A stretch of 63,749 bases of DNA, filler included, from Craspedostauros australis (taxonomy: Eukaryota): assembly GCA_030167865.1 (NCBI GenBank). It is 6 parts of 6 records of this genome, joined end to end, with 100 filler letters (N's around TTAATTAATTAA, not from the genome) between each part and the next. Parts side by side here need not be neighbours in the genome. Positions count along the whole stretch, not along the records: positions 53,926 to 63,749 come from JALAGF010003498.1; 5 more parts are not named here. One strand, 5' to 3'. The stretch's first letter is position 1, and every line of letters starts with the position of its first letter. Shown here in pieces: positions 60,724-63,749 of this stretch. Under the pieces are notes generated by a model, which saw only the letters and a list, made by a program, of their open reading frames with translations, had not been told where the DNA came from and did not search any database. The position numbers were made by a program, and so were the translations under genes.

Positions 60724-62163
60724 ATGAACCGCAACATGCATGCTGTCGCCAACACCAATACCAACATCCATCATGATCCAGACTTCAAGACTTTCTGGAA
60801 ACAACTCCATTGGAAATGGTGGATCCTGAAGACCGTGTTCAATATACAGAGTCATTCAAGACAGCAGATCTACTGCTACAGTGTCACACCCAAGCGGATG
60901 GAACACTGGGACATGGCCATCGAAGCAGGATTCACCTTTGGTGACTTGAAATCGATGCAGCAGTGGCATAAACACGTTGCTTTGTCACCTCGTGTTCTAC
61001 TGAGCGATTCGTTTCGCAAGGGTTGCGGGCGGATGCGCATTCGATCCCTGAATCTGGAATTCGGCAGCAAGGACCAATTCGGAGAAGAAGACAAGCAAGC
61101 CATTCGTTTCGTACTTCGATTGGCTACCAAACACCCACCCAAATTTTCATTCGACCAAGACATCTGCTTGCCTCCATGCTTCGCGGAGATGAAGCAGCTC
61201 CACGATATCCCTCTTGTGACACATCGTGTGTATTTGGATTCATGTGATCTTGTTGATTGCGACAAGCTCATGTTCAACATCTCCCAAAACTCGAAATGGG
61301 TTACGTTTGGAACCTGTAAGCTCGCCAATGGGGGTGCTGATTTGTGCAGATGGCTTTCCCCAAAGAATTGCAGTGTCACCAGAGTATCCTTTTTGGACAC
61401 CCGTGTCACTTGTGATAGCTTGGCAAAGCTATTCCAGTCAAACAAGTGCATCAACAAGCTTGAAATCATATTCTGTCGGAACGAAGACGGACAAGAAATC
61501 GACCAGATCATCAGACTCCTTTCAGATGCATCACACCTGAGCAGGCTCAGGGTTTCCGGTATTTGGAACGGATCATCGCGACAAAAGCAGGATACGCGGT
61601 TCGACGCATTGATCTCGCTCCTGGGAAACAAGAGCTTGTCATCTCTGGCATATGATGCCTTTGGGGATCCCGGCATGTTTGAGGTTCCGCCCGAGACCCT
61701 CTTTGCACAAATGGAAGCCCTTCAGCCAGCCTTGGAGCAGACTACCCAACTCACCCGTCTCTACATTTATCCACGCCCGCCTGACGAATATGTCCATTCG
61801 TACAATGCGCTTGTTGAACATAGCTTGCAGCGAAATCATCACAACACGGTGAGAGCAATGCTGTGTTCCCTTCCAACATGGTCGCGGCCACTGGCCCTGT
61901 TTGGGGAGATGCTGATGAGAACAAGCAAACATCGGGGCAGAATGGCTGAAATGAGTACAATGGGTACAATGGATCCCATGAGCGAGACTTTCAACATTTT
62001 GCTGCAGGGGAGTGAGACGTTGAAACAGGCGTGGGATGACAAGAGAGCGGATCGGCTCGTCCGAGTTGATGATCCTTCTGCTTGTCATGTGGAAAAGAAA
62101 GGTACATCGATGATTGATGAGATCCTGGATGGCCTTGGAGAACTCTGCTCATCCAATAATTAG
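60724..62163 (+). CDS. Hypothetical intronless protein, possibly an RNI-like LRR fold
   Basis: 479-aa ORF with degenerate repeats SVTRVSF, CINKLEI, HLSRLRV, SLSSLAY and QLTRLYI. Confidence 0.6.
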   Translation: MNRNMHAVANTNTNIHHDPDFKTFWKQLHWKWWILKTVFNIQSHSRQQIYCYSVTPKRMEHWDMAIEAGFTFGDLKSMQQWHKHVALSPRVLLSDSFRKGCGRMRIRSLNLEFGSKDQFGEEDKQAIRFVLRLATKHPPKFSFDQDICLPPCFAEMKQLHDIPLVTHRVYLDSCDLVDCDKLMFNISQNSKWVTFGTCKLANGGADLCRWLSPKNCSVTRVSFLDTRVTCDSLAKLFQSNKCINKLEIIFCRNEDGQEIDQIIRLLSDASHLSRLRVSGIWNGSSRQKQDTRFDALISLLGNKSLSSLAYDAFGDPGMFEVPPETLFAQMEALQPALEQTTQLTRLYIYPRPPDEYVHSYNALVEHSLQRNHHNTVRAMLCSLPTWSRPLALFGEMLMRTSKHRGRMAEMSTMGTMDPMSETFNILLQGSETLKQAWDDKRADRLVRVDDPSACHVEKKGTSMIDEILDGLGELCSSNN

Positions 62164-62451
62164 AACAACGCATGAAGGCAGTATTGATACTCTGGTGAAT
62201 GTGAGTGTGTTGTTGTACGAGTGAGATGGAAAAGGGAGATGGTTGGTTGATTGGAAGTTTGCTTGATTGAGAGGTGTTCGCCTGTGATTGTGATTGTGAT
62301 TGCGATTGCATGTTGTGGTTGGTGAGAAGTATGGAATGTTTGGATCGTACAAGTGTGGCTGGTCCATCAACAACAAGCGAAAGCCGTCCACAGAACCTAT
62401 CTGCTCCACACCGCAATTTCACATCGCGATTTCGCACTGCTCCGCACATTC

Positions 62452-63365
62452 TCATATCCTCGGAACAGCAGCATCCAGAACGGTCTTCTTCGCAACGCCC
62501 GTCTTGTCCGTGATGAAGAAGAACACATCCCGGAACGTGGTCAACGGTCCTGATGAGGCCTTCAGGTATCCCATCAGACCAGGGTTGGCCGTGATGCCCA
62601 TGATGGTCATGACGGTCGCGATGGTGGACCATCACTTGTCCATGTATTCTATCTGCAGGATGTCTTTGAGGCTGTTCCCGCCATTGGCTTGTTCATCGTA
62701 TTGCATATTGTATTGCTGAATGGCGTTGATCAGACAGTAGGCGTCTTGGATGGCCTGATTGGTGCCCTGTCCAAGGAACAGAGGCACAGCGCGCGCCGCA
62801 TCACCACAGACAGTCAGGATGGCGGCCTTCTCCACATCTGCGTCTTTGCAAGTGCTTCCATTGAAGTTGCCGTGTGTGGCCATCATCGCCTTGGTCCATC
62901 ACGCAAAGGGCTTGTGGAAGTAGATCCCCAACGCGAAGAAACGATTGGCATTGTCGATGAGTCGATCGATGATGGGCCTGATGGTGTGCGTGGGGATCTT
63001 GGCATCATCGATCTACTGTCGCATCTGCTGCTGGATGCGCTCAGCCTTGGATGATGCCTTCCAAGCGACGTTGTTGTCGCTGTTGTCGTTGGTGTCGTTG
63101 GTGTCGGTATTGTTGTTGTTCCCGAAAGCCTGCACCAGGAGAGACCAGCGCTGCCACCGCCGATCACGGCAATCTTCCGTATTGGTTGGTGGTTCCCACT
63201 CCCATTGCTGCTGCTGCTGCTGCTTCGCTTCTGCATTGGAGTGAGGATGACGGGGACGACGGCGATGACCGTGAGTTCGTTGCCACCACCATGCACGCGA
63301 TGCAGATGGCACCAATCATCCTCTTTTGATGCATCAACGATGCCATTGGTGCCATTGGTGCCATT
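62452..63365 (-). pseudogene. FAD-dependent monooxygenase pseudogene
   Basis: KIAVIGGGSAG and CGDAARAVPLFLGQGTNQAIQDAY are only ~350 nt apart and the DG motif is missing. In-frame stops near 63013, 62899 and 62632, plus a frameshift. Confidence 0.8.
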
Positions 63366-63749
63366 GCCGTGATTCTTCTGGTTGCGGCTGTCTCTGTGGT
63401 TGGGCGATCAATGAGTAAGGAACCAAGTCAACCAGCCGGCATCGTTCGAAGTCTCTCGCTAGAAGCAGAGAGAAACGAGAGAGAGTATTGGTATTCGTAC
63501 TCTGTGGATAGATGCTTGGTGCCGACGGTGATCATCGTTGAGCGTTATGGTTGTGGTTGTGGTTGTGGCGATCTGCATCAGTATTCGCAGCGGCGATTTC
63601 TGTTGCGCCGCCACCATCACTGTCATCATCGTCGCCGCCACCGCCACACAACGATTGGCTTCCCGTGCTATTTGTCGTTCGCGACGATTGGGTGAGGCGA
63701 GATGAGTCCTGGATACGTTTGTTGTGGATTGAAACACGAGTGGTGTCAT

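Overview
Eukaryotic draft-scaffold window, most consistent with a pennate diatom (inferred from short GT-AG introns, CAA/CATCG microsatellites and diatom-type LRR membrane proteins). It contains six assembly gaps, five of them 100-nt spacers carrying the synthetic TTAATTAATTAA linker. Positions 1-35 kb are CpG-rich host genes: PP2C, a P-loop NTPase-like ORF, an ABHD18-like hydrolase, a secretory glutaredoxin, a MORN protein, a Cys-rich membrane protein, an FAD monooxygenase-ankyrin fusion and three tandem LRR receptor-like paralogs. Positions ~35.5-58 kb form a CpG-eroded DNA-transposon cluster: a MITE, two degenerate canonical piggyBac-like pieces, a two-ORF PIF/Harbinger-type element, and two copies of an unusual element. 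Host genes resume after 58 kb. The main finding is the spliced gene at 54092-57679 (-). It encodes a piggyBac-like DDD transposase with a YqaJ/lambda-exonuclease-type PD-(D/E)XK nuclease nested in frame between the second and third catalytic aspartates. Its end carries palindromic repeats, a perfect hairpin and a candidate ATAT target site. All family calls come from motif recognition by eye; no searches were run.
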